Source: a virus
DNA length: 64,000 nt
Reading direction: 5' to 3' (one strand)
IMG/VR virus record: IMGVR_UViG_3300045988_174992
Shown here piece after piece: positions 28,842 to 37,991 of this stretch. Position 1 is the stretch's first letter; each line of letters opens with the position of its first letter. The notes under the pieces were generated by a model. That model was given only the letters and a program-made list of their open reading frames with translations. It did not search any database and was not told where the DNA came from. Both the position numbers and the translations under genes were made by a program.

Positions 28842-30887
28842 CTAATACAATTTAATTTCAATATTCTTTTCTCTAGCGCGCTTCATCTTACCAGTATTTG
28901 ATTCTAATGAATTAGTGAATACGATCTTCACTTCTTTCCAAGAACCAGTCATTCTATATTCTGGATGACACTTCAAGAATTCTGCTTTGCTAGAATAGTT
29001 ATTTGGTTCGCCTGTCAATATCACAGGAATCTTGTCATTTTCTTTCTTAGTATCTGCTAACTCTTTCTCTGATAGCTTGAAGGAATCTAATGACCATCCA
29101 TTGAAATCAAGAATCTTTTTGAATCTCTTCCAATTTGATGATTCTTTATCATCAACCCAATCATAAGCAATATGTGACATGCTTGTAAAGTCATAAGGCA
29201 ATCCAATCAGCTTATTCTCTATCTGTTGAGCTACTTTATCTCCGCACAACCTAAAGTTGCAAGACAAAATAATATCCTTCAATTTGATATTCTTAAGAAG
29301 CTTGGTATATGCTTTATTTACATTAGAACCTGTCTTACCACCTATGGCATTCTCAATTTCTGTTGGTGTACATAGAAGAATATTCCATGGCATTTCTTTT
29401 GCTTCAATACCAAAGAATTCATCTGGTTCGCAATCCTTCTTCTTCCATTTGATAAAATCTTGTACCGTTGATGTTCCAAATCCAGGAATCTTGAAACTCA
29501 ATGCAGAATTCAACAATTCAAATTCATTATCAATCTTAGAAGCCATTACATGACAACCATCAATATAGCTATCTGATGATGGAAAGCTTTCTCCTAATTT
29601 AGCGGGATCAAAATTTGTATAATCATAAACTTTGTATATATAAGGAATAATATCACCAGCTAATGAAAGTACAACCTTGGTTCCAACACTGATTTTTCTG
29701 TCCATCAGATAACCTGCGTTGAATGCAGATGCCCTTGTAATCTTCTTACCATCCATATATACGGGATCAGTAATGATAGTAGGAATATATTCACCTGACT
29801 TACCAAGATTCCATTCAATATCAATTACTGTTGTTGGCTCAGTCATAGGAATGTACTTGATAGCAACACAATCTGCTGGTCGACGTTCAGTCAAGTTGTT
29901 CTGCCTTTCTGATTCTACTGGTTTGATGACAATGCCATCCTGAGAATATTCTGACATATTTCTGTATTCTTCATACTTCTTATATATGCTAATCAAGTCA
30001 TCTACAGTATTCAGTTCAATACCTTCATCATAGAAGCTTGGGAAGAATGTATTGTATTCAAATTGATTATCAGTAAGAAGACGAGTCCAATCTAAATCTT
30101 TCCATTCACCATTCTTCTTTATTCTGTAATCATAGATAACAGGGAACAGATATACATATTCTGGAACATCCTTATCAATTCTATTTAGCATACCGGAAAC
30201 AAAAGCTCTAGTATTTGCGAACTTATCTGCAAATCTCTGCTTGAATGTTGACTTGCTTACAAGTACTTCACCTCGTAATGTTACCTCTGAAACATAACCG
30301 GATCTTTCCATTACAAAATCAAAGAAACCACCTTTGCAATCAAAGATAGGCTTAATCTGATTAGAAATATCCTTACCATATTCTCCATCACCACGGCCAG
30401 AGTATGTTATATCTAAAGTACCATCTGACTTCTTTGTAATATGAATTTCAAATGAGCAACCATCATATTTTGGCGTAACTATTACTTTACATACTTTCTC
30501 TTTATCATTGTATATATAACTGAAAATAGAATTCAAGTAAGTAGCCCAATCAATACTACCATCTGCCTTCTCATGAATCTGTACTTTAGATAAGCTACCC
30601 ATCATGAATGGATGCTTTACAGTATAATTGTCAGAATGCTTTGAACCGACATAGGACTTATTTTCTTGACCTAATGACTTCTCCAAAGTATCATATTCAT
30701 TATCATTAAGAATTTCCTTACCGGTATTGTAATAAGCACCTTTTGCTTTGTCAAGAAGAAATCTAGCTTCATCATCTGTCAAATTGTTGTAATCTCTAAA
30801 TTTCATTACGAGAATATCAACATCTTTTGACATATCATAAGATGGGTTACGTTCACAATTTAAATTTTCCAATATTTTTGTATTCAT
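28842..30887 (-). CDS. ligA: NAD-dependent DNA ligase
   Basis: N-terminal Ia-like region (YYNTGKEILNDNEYDTLEKSL); adenylation motif KYDGCS; 681 aa. Confidence 0.75.
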   Translation of the reverse strand: MNTKILENLNCERNPSYDMSKDVDILVMKFRDYNNLTDDEARFLLDKAKGAYYNTGKEILNDNEYDTLEKSLGQENKSYVGSKHSDNYTVKHPFMMGSLSKVQIHEKADGSIDWATYLNSIFSYIYNDKEKVCKVIVTPKYDGCSFEIHITKKSDGTLDITYSGRGDGEYGKDISNQIKPIFDCKGGFFDFVMERSGYVSEVTLRGEVLVSKSTFKQRFADKFANTRAFVSGMLNRIDKDVPEYVYLFPVIYDYRIKKNGEWKDLDWTRLLTDNQFEYNTFFPSFYDEGIELNTVDDLISIYKKYEEYRNMSEYSQDGIVIKPVESERQNNLTERRPADCVAIKYIPMTEPTTVIDIEWNLGKSGEYIPTIITDPVYMDGKKITRASAFNAGYLMDRKISVGTKVVLSLAGDIIPYIYKVYDYTNFDPAKLGESFPSSDSYIDGCHVMASKIDNEFELLNSALSFKIPGFGTSTVQDFIKWKKKDCEPDEFFGIEAKEMPWNILLCTPTEIENAIGGKTGSNVNKAYTKLLKNIKLKDIILSCNFRLCGDKVAQQIENKLIGLPYDFTSMSHIAYDWVDDKESSNWKRFKKILDFNGWSLDSFKLSEKELADTKKENDKIPVILTGEPNNYSSKAEFLKCHPEYRMTGSWKEVKIVFTNSLESNTGKMKRAREKNIEIKLY

Positions 30888-30902
30888 AAATTAATTCGAT
30901 TT

Positions 30903-31418
30903 CTATTTAAGTTTAGCAATATATTCTTTTGAACAGTTACTATCAGAATAAGCATCTTCAAGATGTTTAGTAATCCAATCTGTAATATACTTATCATATT
31001 TCTGCTTACGCTTAGAAGAATAATAGCTAATGAATGGCATGCTATCATATTTGATATAGAATCTGCTACGCTCAGATGTTTCCATTCCATTATTATGAAG
31101 ACAACATCCACCATACAATTCATTAATCATGATAATTCCACCTTCGTTGAGTGGATAAACTACAACTGGATAATCTTCACCCAAGAAATAAACTCTCCAA
31201 GTAGAAGTATGCTTGCCTTTAACTACTACTTTATATAGCAATGGAGCATCAGTATACTCATTTTCTTTTTCTGCAAGCTCATCATAGAACTCAAACTGAT
31301 CTAGATCATGTTCAATCAAATCATTCATCTTCTTATAATAGCATTCTGCATCATAAGATTCTTTACCTGATAACAATCTGTACAGCAAACTAAGTTTTGT
31401 CTTTCTCAACATAAGCAT
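30903..31418 (-). CDS. hypothetical protein (171 aa)
   Basis: ORF only. Confidence 0.55.
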   Translation of the reverse strand: MLMLRKTKLSLLYRLLSGKESYDAECYYKKMNDLIEHDLDQFEFYDELAEKENEYTDAPLLYKVVVKGKHTSTWRVYFLGEDYPVVVYPLNEGGIIMINELYGGCCLHNNGMETSERSRFYIKYDSMPFISYYSSKRKQKYDKYITDWITKHLEDAYSDSNCSKEYIAKLK

Positions 31419-31427
31419 AAAAATATT

Positions 31428-31871
31428 TTAATTATACAAATTAACAATCATTCTAATGAACATCTTCTCAATATCATCAAAGATAGTAGCAAACTTAGAT
31501 TTGATACTATCACCATCATATCTTGTTGGATCTGGTTCAGTATCAACATCTTCTGGAAAGTCACATTTGCTAAGTATTTCTACCCATCCAGTTGCTCTAT
31601 TGAATACTTCTACTTTATATACACTTCCATAAGAATTAAGTGTAATCTTAAATGTTTGACCTACCATCTTAATGATTCTGATAGACTTGCAAGTCCATCT
31701 TACTCCATTATGATATTCTCTGAAGAAATACAACTGGGTAATGTTGATTATATCCATCTTAGGTTCCCACCCAGACAAACAATTGACATCTAATTTTGAT
31801 GGAAGAGTATTCTCTTCAGGAGTTATGTTCCAAAGTTCTTTATAATACATAGTTATTTTATTTTTTAACAT
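31428..31871 (-). CDS. hypothetical protein (147 aa)
   Basis: ORF; promoter 31874-31905 upstream. Confidence 0.55.
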   Translation of the reverse strand: MLKNKITMYYKELWNITPEENTLPSKLDVNCLSGWEPKMDIINITQLYFFREYHNGVRWTCKSIRIIKMVGQTFKITLNSYGSVYKVEVFNRATGWVEILSKCDFPEDVDTEPDPTRYDGDSIKSKFATIFDDIEKMFIRMIVNLYN

Positions 31872-31873
31872 TT

Positions 31874-31905
31874 AAAATATAGAACAATATTCTTAAATTT
31901 CAAAA
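31874..31905 (-). promoter_or_regulatory. phage consensus promoter
   Basis: AAAATATAGAACAATATTCTTAAATTTCAAAA; divergent partner of 31915-31944. Confidence 0.6.
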
Positions 31906-31914
31906 TATTTTTGA

Positions 31915-31944
31915 TTGAAATCAATACCATTTATGTTCTATTTT
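31915..31944 (+). promoter_or_regulatory. phage consensus promoter (plus orientation)
   Basis: TTGAAATCAATACCATTTATGTTCTATTTT upstream of the plus-strand nuclease/thyX operon. Confidence 0.5.
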
Positions 31945-31973
31945 ATAGATAATATTTAATCCTTAAATTATAA

Positions 31974-32909
31974 ATGAACATGATAGAAAAGCTAAGAAAT
32001 TTAGATAATAAGTTTGTAGATAAGAATATTCCATACGTTACAATTAGTGCTGTAAATGGATATATAAGTCCTAAGTTTGACCAAGAAGCCATAGCAAAGA
32101 AATGCGAAGAAAAAGGTAAAACAATAAACTGCAAATGGACTGGATTGTCATATAAAGAGATATTAGACTTATGGGAACAGAAAGCTAATGTTTCTAGAAC
32201 TTATGGAAAGAAACTAGATGCTTATACTGAATGCAAGCTTGAAGGAGATGAAAACAGTATAGAAGAATTCATGCTTGATAATGATGTTGATACTGATGAA
32301 AGAATGAAGGCACACATCAAGGCATTTGATCAGTTCTATGAAAGAATCATGAAGTCAGGTGATGTTGAATTTGTTGGCAGAGAAATAGAAGTTTGGAATA
32401 GAATTACTATCAATGACAATGATTTCTATGTGAAAGGAAGATTGGATGCATTATTTTACAACAAACGTACTGATACTTGGATCATCATAGATTGGAAGTC
32501 AAATGAATGCATATCAACCAAAAGTAACAAATGGACACCAACATTGCTTGGACCTGCTCAAACACTTCCTAATCTTGATTGGTATACTTACACTATGCAA
32601 GTATTCAACTATAAAGAAGCATTGTTGCAGAATTATTTGCCTGAAGGTACAGAAGCTAGTCATGTTCAATGTATGATAGTGAATTTACCTAAAGCAGAAT
32701 ATGAGAATACAGATGCAGTTCTTGGTAAGAACAAAGGAGAAATCTATAAAGCATATATGCCAGCATTCAAATATGACGAGAATTTCTTGAATAGGGTATT
32801 TGAGTTTGCTTATAAGAAAGATAAGCTAGAAAGAAGCATGAGAAAGTTGAAAGAGAAAGAAGAATCGGAAACCAAAGTAGAGAAGCAAGAGGAATTTGAT
32901 TTGTTTTAA
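31974..32909 (+). CDS. PD-(D/E)xK (RecB/Cas4-like) exonuclease
   Basis: GRLDALF...IIDWKS core and downstream YTMQVFNY tyrosine/glutamine motif. Confidence 0.5.
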   Translation: MNMIEKLRNLDNKFVDKNIPYVTISAVNGYISPKFDQEAIAKKCEEKGKTINCKWTGLSYKEILDLWEQKANVSRTYGKKLDAYTECKLEGDENSIEEFMLDNDVDTDERMKAHIKAFDQFYERIMKSGDVEFVGREIEVWNRITINDNDFYVKGRLDALFYNKRTDTWIIIDWKSNECISTKSNKWTPTLLGPAQTLPNLDWYTYTMQVFNYKEALLQNYLPEGTEASHVQCMIVNLPKAEYENTDAVLGKNKGEIYKAYMPAFKYDENFLNRVFEFAYKKDKLERSMRKLKEKEESETKVEKQEEFDLF

Positions 32910-32931
32910 ACAATATTAATAAAATAACAAC

Positions 32932-33762
32932 ATGAAAGTAATTGATAGTCAAACAGCAGAGATTTTAAGTTTAGGTGAAGCAACACTTGAGGAAGGTAAG
33001 AAGATTGTAGAGATTGCAGGTAGAACTTGCTATAAATCATTGAATCTTATAACAGAAGGTAGTGCGGAAAAGTTTGTAAATAGAATGATTGAATCAGAAC
33101 ATCTGTCAACATTGGAACATTGTACTATCTATCTTAAGTTACCAAGAGAAAAGAGAGATGATGCATTGTTCTTTTCATACAACAAATATAGCGAAGTAAA
33201 TAGTGATGGCAATTATTGTTATGTTACTACCAACTATAGAGTAATTATTGAAAACGAAATGGAAGATGTACTTAAGTATCAGTGTGCTTATGAACCAATA
33301 AATCATGTCAGACGAATTACAGTACGAATGATAACCAATCGCCAGATTGCAAATGAGTTTGAACGACACCGTGTATTCAGTTTCAACCAGGAATCATCTC
33401 GTTACTGCAATTATGGTAAAGATAAGTTTGACAATGAACTTAAGTTCTTGAAACCATCATTTGGAAATTTCTTGATTTCAAATGAAATATATGATGAATG
33501 GGTAAAGCAAATGGAACGTGCTGAATACTCATACCTTAAGTTATGTAGGATGGGTTGTAATGCACAAGAAGCAGCTACAGTACTTCCAAACTCTACAGCA
33601 ACAGAGTTGGTGATGAGTGGTACAACAAAAGATTGGGAGCATTTCTTTGATCTACGTATGAAAGGTCTTACTGGTAAACCACACCCATTAGCTTATGATT
33701 TGGCAAATAAGATATATTTGTTGTTCAAAGAGCAAGGTGTCAAGATCTATCCAGAAGATTAA
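32932..33762 (+). CDS. thyX: FAD-dependent thymidylate synthase ThyX
   Basis: ThyX signature RHRVFSFNQESSRY. Confidence 0.85.
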   Translation: MKVIDSQTAEILSLGEATLEEGKKIVEIAGRTCYKSLNLITEGSAEKFVNRMIESEHLSTLEHCTIYLKLPREKRDDALFFSYNKYSEVNSDGNYCYVTTNYRVIIENEMEDVLKYQCAYEPINHVRRITVRMITNRQIANEFERHRVFSFNQESSRYCNYGKDKFDNELKFLKPSFGNFLISNEIYDEWVKQMERAEYSYLKLCRMGCNAQEAATVLPNSTATELVMSGTTKDWEHFFDLRMKGLTGKPHPLAYDLANKIYLLFKEQGVKIYPED

Positions 33763-33777
33763 ATTTTATATAAAGAA

Positions 33778-34587
33778 ATGATAAGTTTAAAAGAATATAT
33801 AGAAAGTCATAACAACTTACACAATAAGTTGTTCTGTCAAAATAGATTGAATGAGCTAGCTACTTATTTTGGTGAATCTATAGAAGACATACCAAAAGAT
33901 ATACAAGAATCATACATTAATCATACATTTGAACTTAATTCTTATCTATATGAGACATTAAAATCTCATGATGTAGATAGTTTGATTAATCATATAGAAA
34001 AAGAATATAAAGACAATATATATGAGATTTGCCCTATAAATAGATCTAATAAACATGGATTAGTAGGTGTAAAGTTCAACAACAAACAATTATATTATGT
34101 TAATTCAAGTAAGTTCTTGGATATATGTACATTCTTCAATTATGTGAAAACTGATACATGGAATGGATATACTATTTTAGAACCTGAATATCCTGATAAA
34201 TGTAATAATGAAACAATGAAATTGTTTAAGAACAAATTCATACATGTTACTACTAAGAAAAATTATGAAAAGATAAAGGTTACTGGACTTAGAATGAGAG
34301 GTTACGATGGAAAGGATGGATACAGAAAATATAGTTCTAGAATACAATTAAAAGGAAAAGAAAGTAAAGAAAGTATATTGAAATTTGCTAGAGAGTTTAA
34401 GCAAGCAAGAAAAGAATCAGATGATGAGAATCATTTAGATTGGGAAAATACAATAGTGTTGTTAGTAGACTTGTATACTGTAAACTTTGATATCTGGAGA
34501 GATCACATGTATGATAAAGAAGATCATTGTTATTTTGTAAAGAATAACATACCTGCTAAATATATAAAGAAATTATACGAAATTTAA
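33778..34587 (+). CDS. hypothetical protein (269 aa) with CTS-like leader
   Basis: N-terminus MISLKEYIES. The segment FIHVTTKKNYEKIKVTGLRMRG faintly resembles the H-x-T...GL region of Tpt1/ADP-ribosyltransferase folds; this is not diagnostic. Confidence 0.55.
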   Translation: MISLKEYIESHNNLHNKLFCQNRLNELATYFGESIEDIPKDIQESYINHTFELNSYLYETLKSHDVDSLINHIEKEYKDNIYEICPINRSNKHGLVGVKFNNKQLYYVNSSKFLDICTFFNYVKTDTWNGYTILEPEYPDKCNNETMKLFKNKFIHVTTKKNYEKIKVTGLRMRGYDGKDGYRKYSSRIQLKGKESKESILKFAREFKQARKESDDENHLDWENTIVLLVDLYTVNFDIWRDHMYDKEDHCYFVKNNIPAKYIKKLYEI

Positions 34588-34592
34588 AAGAA

Positions 34593-35117
34593 ATGAAAGA
34601 TAATAAAAACATTGGTCACATATTTTGTGGATATCCTGCTATAGGAAAGACAAGCATAGGAGGTAACAGTATTCAAATGGAAGATGGACGATGGGTTTCC
34701 ATAGTAGATTTGGAAACAAGCTTGATGAAAGGAAATGATGGTAGACCAACCAACTGGGTAGAAATCTATGTAAACTATGTACAAGATTTAATAATGCAAG
34801 GTATCAATGTGATGTGTAGTACTCATCGATTGGTTAGAGATGAACTAGAAAAGAGAAATCTAATTTATACAAATGTGATGCCTAATCTGAATATCAAAGA
34901 ATATTGGTTGTGTAAGTTACGTCAAAGATGGAAAGATAGTGGATTAGAGAAAGATAGTCTTGCTTATGAGAGAGCTATGGAACATTATGATAAGGATATT
35001 AAAGACTTGATGGACCATGATAGATATTGTATGATAGGTGTGGAAAGAAAATATGATTTGCAAGAAGTGCTTTGTAATTATATTAGGTACGGAAAATTAC
35101 AATGGACTTTTAATTGA
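34593..35117 (+). CDS. P-loop NTPase / kinase-like protein
   Basis: Walker A-like GYPAIGKTS near the N-terminus; 174 aa. Confidence 0.45.
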   Translation: MKDNKNIGHIFCGYPAIGKTSIGGNSIQMEDGRWVSIVDLETSLMKGNDGRPTNWVEIYVNYVQDLIMQGINVMCSTHRLVRDELEKRNLIYTNVMPNLNIKEYWLCKLRQRWKDSGLEKDSLAYERAMEHYDKDIKDLMDHDRYCMIGVERKYDLQEVLCNYIRYGKLQWTFN

Positions 35118-35149
35118 TTATTTTAAATAAAATAAATTGAATACTTTAA

Positions 35150-35511
35150 ATGAAGAATTTATCTAATTTCATATTAGAATCATTAAATAAAATGATTATA
35201 AGAAAATTTCAGATAAGATCATCAAGCAATTTAACATATCTTCTGTAAATGACAAAGGTTTTGTAGATGATTATGTAGAATATGTTGGAGACAATCTTAT
35301 CAGTAATGGAGAATGGCAAGATATTGATGATGATTTTGACAATTTTGTTGAAGAGATAATTAATGACATTAAGAAAGATGGAAATGATTCTGAATATGAT
35401 AAGTTCTCTGATTCCAATGACTACACATCAGAAGAATTCATAAAATCCAATAAGACTAATTTCTTGGATATATTTAGAAGCATTTATAACGGCTTTAAGA
35501 GTTTTGCATAG
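35150..35511 (+). pseudogene. frameshifted acidic protein gene with CTS-like leader
   Basis: ORF1 35150-35248 (MKNLSNFILESLNKM...). It continues only in the -1 frame, from 35191 to 35511: 106 sense codons, no ATG/GTG, a single TTG only near the 3' end, D/E-rich. The junction is at TTAAATAAAATG. Confidence 0.45.
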
Positions 35512-35515
35512 AAAA

Positions 35516-35541
35516 TTGGCTCGATCTTAAGATCGAGCCAA
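35516..35541. terminator. bidirectional terminator between convergent genes
   Basis: TTGGCTCGATC-TTAA-GATCGAGCCAA flanked by A- and T-runs. Confidence 0.75.
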
Positions 35542-35548
35542 TATTGTT

Positions 35549-36361
35549 TTAAGTAGTATAATAATTAACATTATATATACAATTATTATATGTAGATGTA
35601 ATAGTTTTATTTTTTGTGCCTGGGCCATCTATACTACAACCGTCTGGAATACTATAATTTCCGTAATTTGTTGTATATTTAAAATTAGGGGTTTCGTATC
35701 CATTCCATGTTAAACTGGTTAGTTCAAAATCAATTATAACAGAAGAATTATTGTCAATATATACTTTAATATGTGTATTTATAACATCTTGTCTTAATAA
35801 ATCATATACAGGAATTGGCATTTGGGCGTCATGGCTTTCTATCTGTCCACATACAGAAATATCATGACCATCTCCTGTTACCCAAATTCCACAATTAATA
35901 TTATAAGTACCAGTATTATCTACATAAGTATATTTATAATATGCAGGATTTAATCCTAATTTAGGATAATATGATGCTATAATTAAAGCATAGGAAATGT
36001 TACTTATTTGTGATTCATCTATTTTTTCCCAAGTATAACAAGAATCAGTATCTCCCTTTAAGTAATAATTTTCATAATTATTTCCATTTGATTCACTTGT
36101 TAAATGATGACTAATATATGAAGAATAAGGAGTAGACAATATTATACCACCAGGATCAGAAATATAAGTTGAATCTTGAATAAAGAAAGATGTCAATATT
36201 AATCCTGTTACATTTTTTGAATTTACATCTGAAACACTAATTGAATTATCAATATGTGGTGTTGTAAGAAATCTTCTAACATATATACTATTATTAGTAC
36301 CAGTATCGCTTTCATATTTCTTCATACTACCACTCTGAGTGTAGCATATTCCTGTAGCCAT
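35549..36361 (-). CDS. hypothetical N/Y/S/T-rich protein (270 aa)
   Basis: ORF bounded by the inverted-repeat element upstream and bidirectional terminator 35516-35541 downstream. Confidence 0.55.
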   Translation of the reverse strand: MATGICYTQSGSMKKYESDTGTNNSIYVRRFLTTPHIDNSISVSDVNSKNVTGLILTSFFIQDSTYISDPGGIILSTPYSSYISHHLTSESNGNNYENYYLKGDTDSCYTWEKIDESQISNISYALIIASYYPKLGLNPAYYKYTYVDNTGTYNINCGIWVTGDGHDISVCGQIESHDAQMPIPVYDLLRQDVINTHIKVYIDNNSSVIIDFELTSLTWNGYETPNFKYTTNYGNYSIPDGCSIDGPGTKNKTITSTYNNCIYNVNYYTT

Positions 36362-36434
36362 AAATTCTCTTTCAAATATATTTTATAGAATATAAGTGAC
36401 TAAGAGAAATTATGAATATATCAAAAACTAACAC

Positions 36435-36695
36435 CCAATACCATCTCCACTTGAGATGAATTGGTAAGTGTTAAGTTGTTCATGACTAATTCATTATTTC
36501 TTTTTTAAAGAAAGCGTCAGAGTGATATAATGAAATAGCTACAAATCAATTATCGTGTACTCTGACGCTTTTAAGTCACCACTATGATATATTTTGTAAA
36601 CATCATTAATTTCTTACTGAATATTATTAATTACATATAAATTTTTATATCTAATTATTTTACTACCAATTCATCTCAAGTGGAGATGGTATTGG
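36435..36695. repeat. perfect 32-bp inverted repeat flanking a 197-nt spacer that contains an 11-bp hairpin
   Basis: CCAATACCATCTCCACTTGAGATGAATTGGTA at 36435-36466 and its exact reverse complement at 36664-36695; inner stem AGCGTCAGAGT (36513-36523) / ACTCTGACGCT (36559-36569). Confidence 0.9.
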
Positions 36696-36788
36696 TGACT
36701 TAAATTTGAAGAAACATGATGTTCATTTCTAATATCTTATATATAAAAATAAGATAATTTATAAGTAGAATTTCAAGCCTGACAGTCA

Positions 36789-37991
36789 TTATTTAATTCT
36801 ATATTTAGCACCTATGATAGCATTAGCTGCAGCAAATGAACCAGTCATCTTCATCATTCTATCTTTCCAAGTGAATACAATACCTTCTGTAGAATTCAAC
36901 TTGTTTCCAAGTTTTTGAAGTCTTAACAATTGATCCTTAAGCTTATCTTTGTCTTCTTGAGTACCTTTCTCATCAACAAGCTTCTTAGTGGCTTCTATCT
37001 CATTCTTCAAATTGATTATTGCTTTGTCTTTGACTCCATCATTAATCAAACCAGATGTAAGTTCAATTACTTTATTTGACATATCTAAGAACAGGTCATC
37101 AATTGGTTCGATAACATCTTTAACATATTTCTTATAATCTTTCTTATCTATAGAAACAATTTCATCAGCATGTTCAGGGTAGCTCTTCTTCAATATTCTT
37201 ATATTTACACTCTTATCTGAATTGAACCATCGGTTGAAGAATGCATCCTTTTCAGTCATCCATTCTGGTGCTATAATTTCAAAACGTTTCTTTTTCCAAT
37301 CTTCTATAGTAGCATCTTTTCCTAAACCTTCAGATTTGAATAAGTCAATAACTTTCTTTTTATATTCATTAGCAAACTTATTGCTGTCTTTAGTAACTTG
37401 AATAATTATATTAGGTGTAAGCTTGGCTTTGTCATCCTTTTCTATAGCCTTTTGAATAATACCAAGTCCATCTTTGGTAACACTATCCTTTTTCCATTCA
37501 TCACCTTCTTTCTTATATACCCAAATATTATGGAAGTCAACCTGATCATCATCATAATACATGATATTAGTAGTACCTGATACTATACATTCACAGTTTA
37601 CTAACAATCTTGTATTAGGATCAGGATTGAAGAATTTGCTACCAATTCTTTTGAATATCTTTTCAAGTGTATTACCAGCAGATACAAATGCTTTTTGAAC
37701 GGTTGGTTTGTCTTTCCATTTTTCAATCATATCTTGGATAGTCATACCTCCACGTTCTGAATTCAAGTCACCTTTGTTTCTTATAAAAACTACTTCATCC
37801 TGATTATTCATAGATGCTTGTATGTTAGTACCATCTAATTTCTCTGTAGCATTAGATATCTTACCTCCAAACAAATCATCTATCAAATCAAGTAAATCTT
37901 GGCAGGTGAAGTCAGTTTCATCAATTACATGCATCATGTGACCACTAGCTCCACCTTCAAAGATTTGTACATATTGAGTTAAATTAATCAT
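36789..37991 (-). CDS. ligase-like nucleotidyltransferase (KxDG) with CTS-like leader
   Basis: N-terminus MINLTQYVQIFEGG; motif I-like EKLDGTN; C-terminal EGIVF / KMTG (motif IV/V-like) at unusual spacing. Confidence 0.5.
   Translation of the reverse strand: MINLTQYVQIFEGGASGHMMHVIDETDFTCQDLLDLIDDLFGGKISNATEKLDGTNIQASMNNQDEVVFIRNKGDLNSERGGMTIQDMIEKWKDKPTVQKAFVSAGNTLEKIFKRIGSKFFNPDPNTRLLVNCECIVSGTTNIMYYDDDQVDFHNIWVYKKEGDEWKKDSVTKDGLGIIQKAIEKDDKAKLTPNIIIQVTKDSNKFANEYKKKVIDLFKSEGLGKDATIEDWKKKRFEIIAPEWMTEKDAFFNRWFNSDKSVNIRILKKSYPEHADEIVSIDKKDYKKYVKDVIEPIDDLFLDMSNKVIELTSGLINDGVKDKAIINLKNEIEATKKLVDEKGTQEDKDKLKDQLLRLQKLGNKLNSTEGIVFTWKDRMMKMTGSFAAANAIIGAKYRIK

Noticed and set aside
30884-31123. 79-aa ORF overlapping ORF 30903-31418 on the same strand
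   Set aside because: It is an alternative frame of a longer ORF, has a hydrophobic low-complexity translation, and has no independent start context.
36435-36695. Retron msr/msd locus (a1/a2 inverted repeats with an internal long hairpin)
   Set aside because: No reverse transcriptase ORF (no YxDD-containing protein) lies downstream in either orientation or anywhere in the window.
36705-36736. Plus-orientation promoter-like motif TTTGAAGAAACATGATGTTCATTTCTAATAT
   Set aside because: It would fire into the 3' end of a minus-strand gene, with no plus-strand ORF downstream. I kept it only as context for the inverted-repeat finding, since an antisense RNA remains possible.
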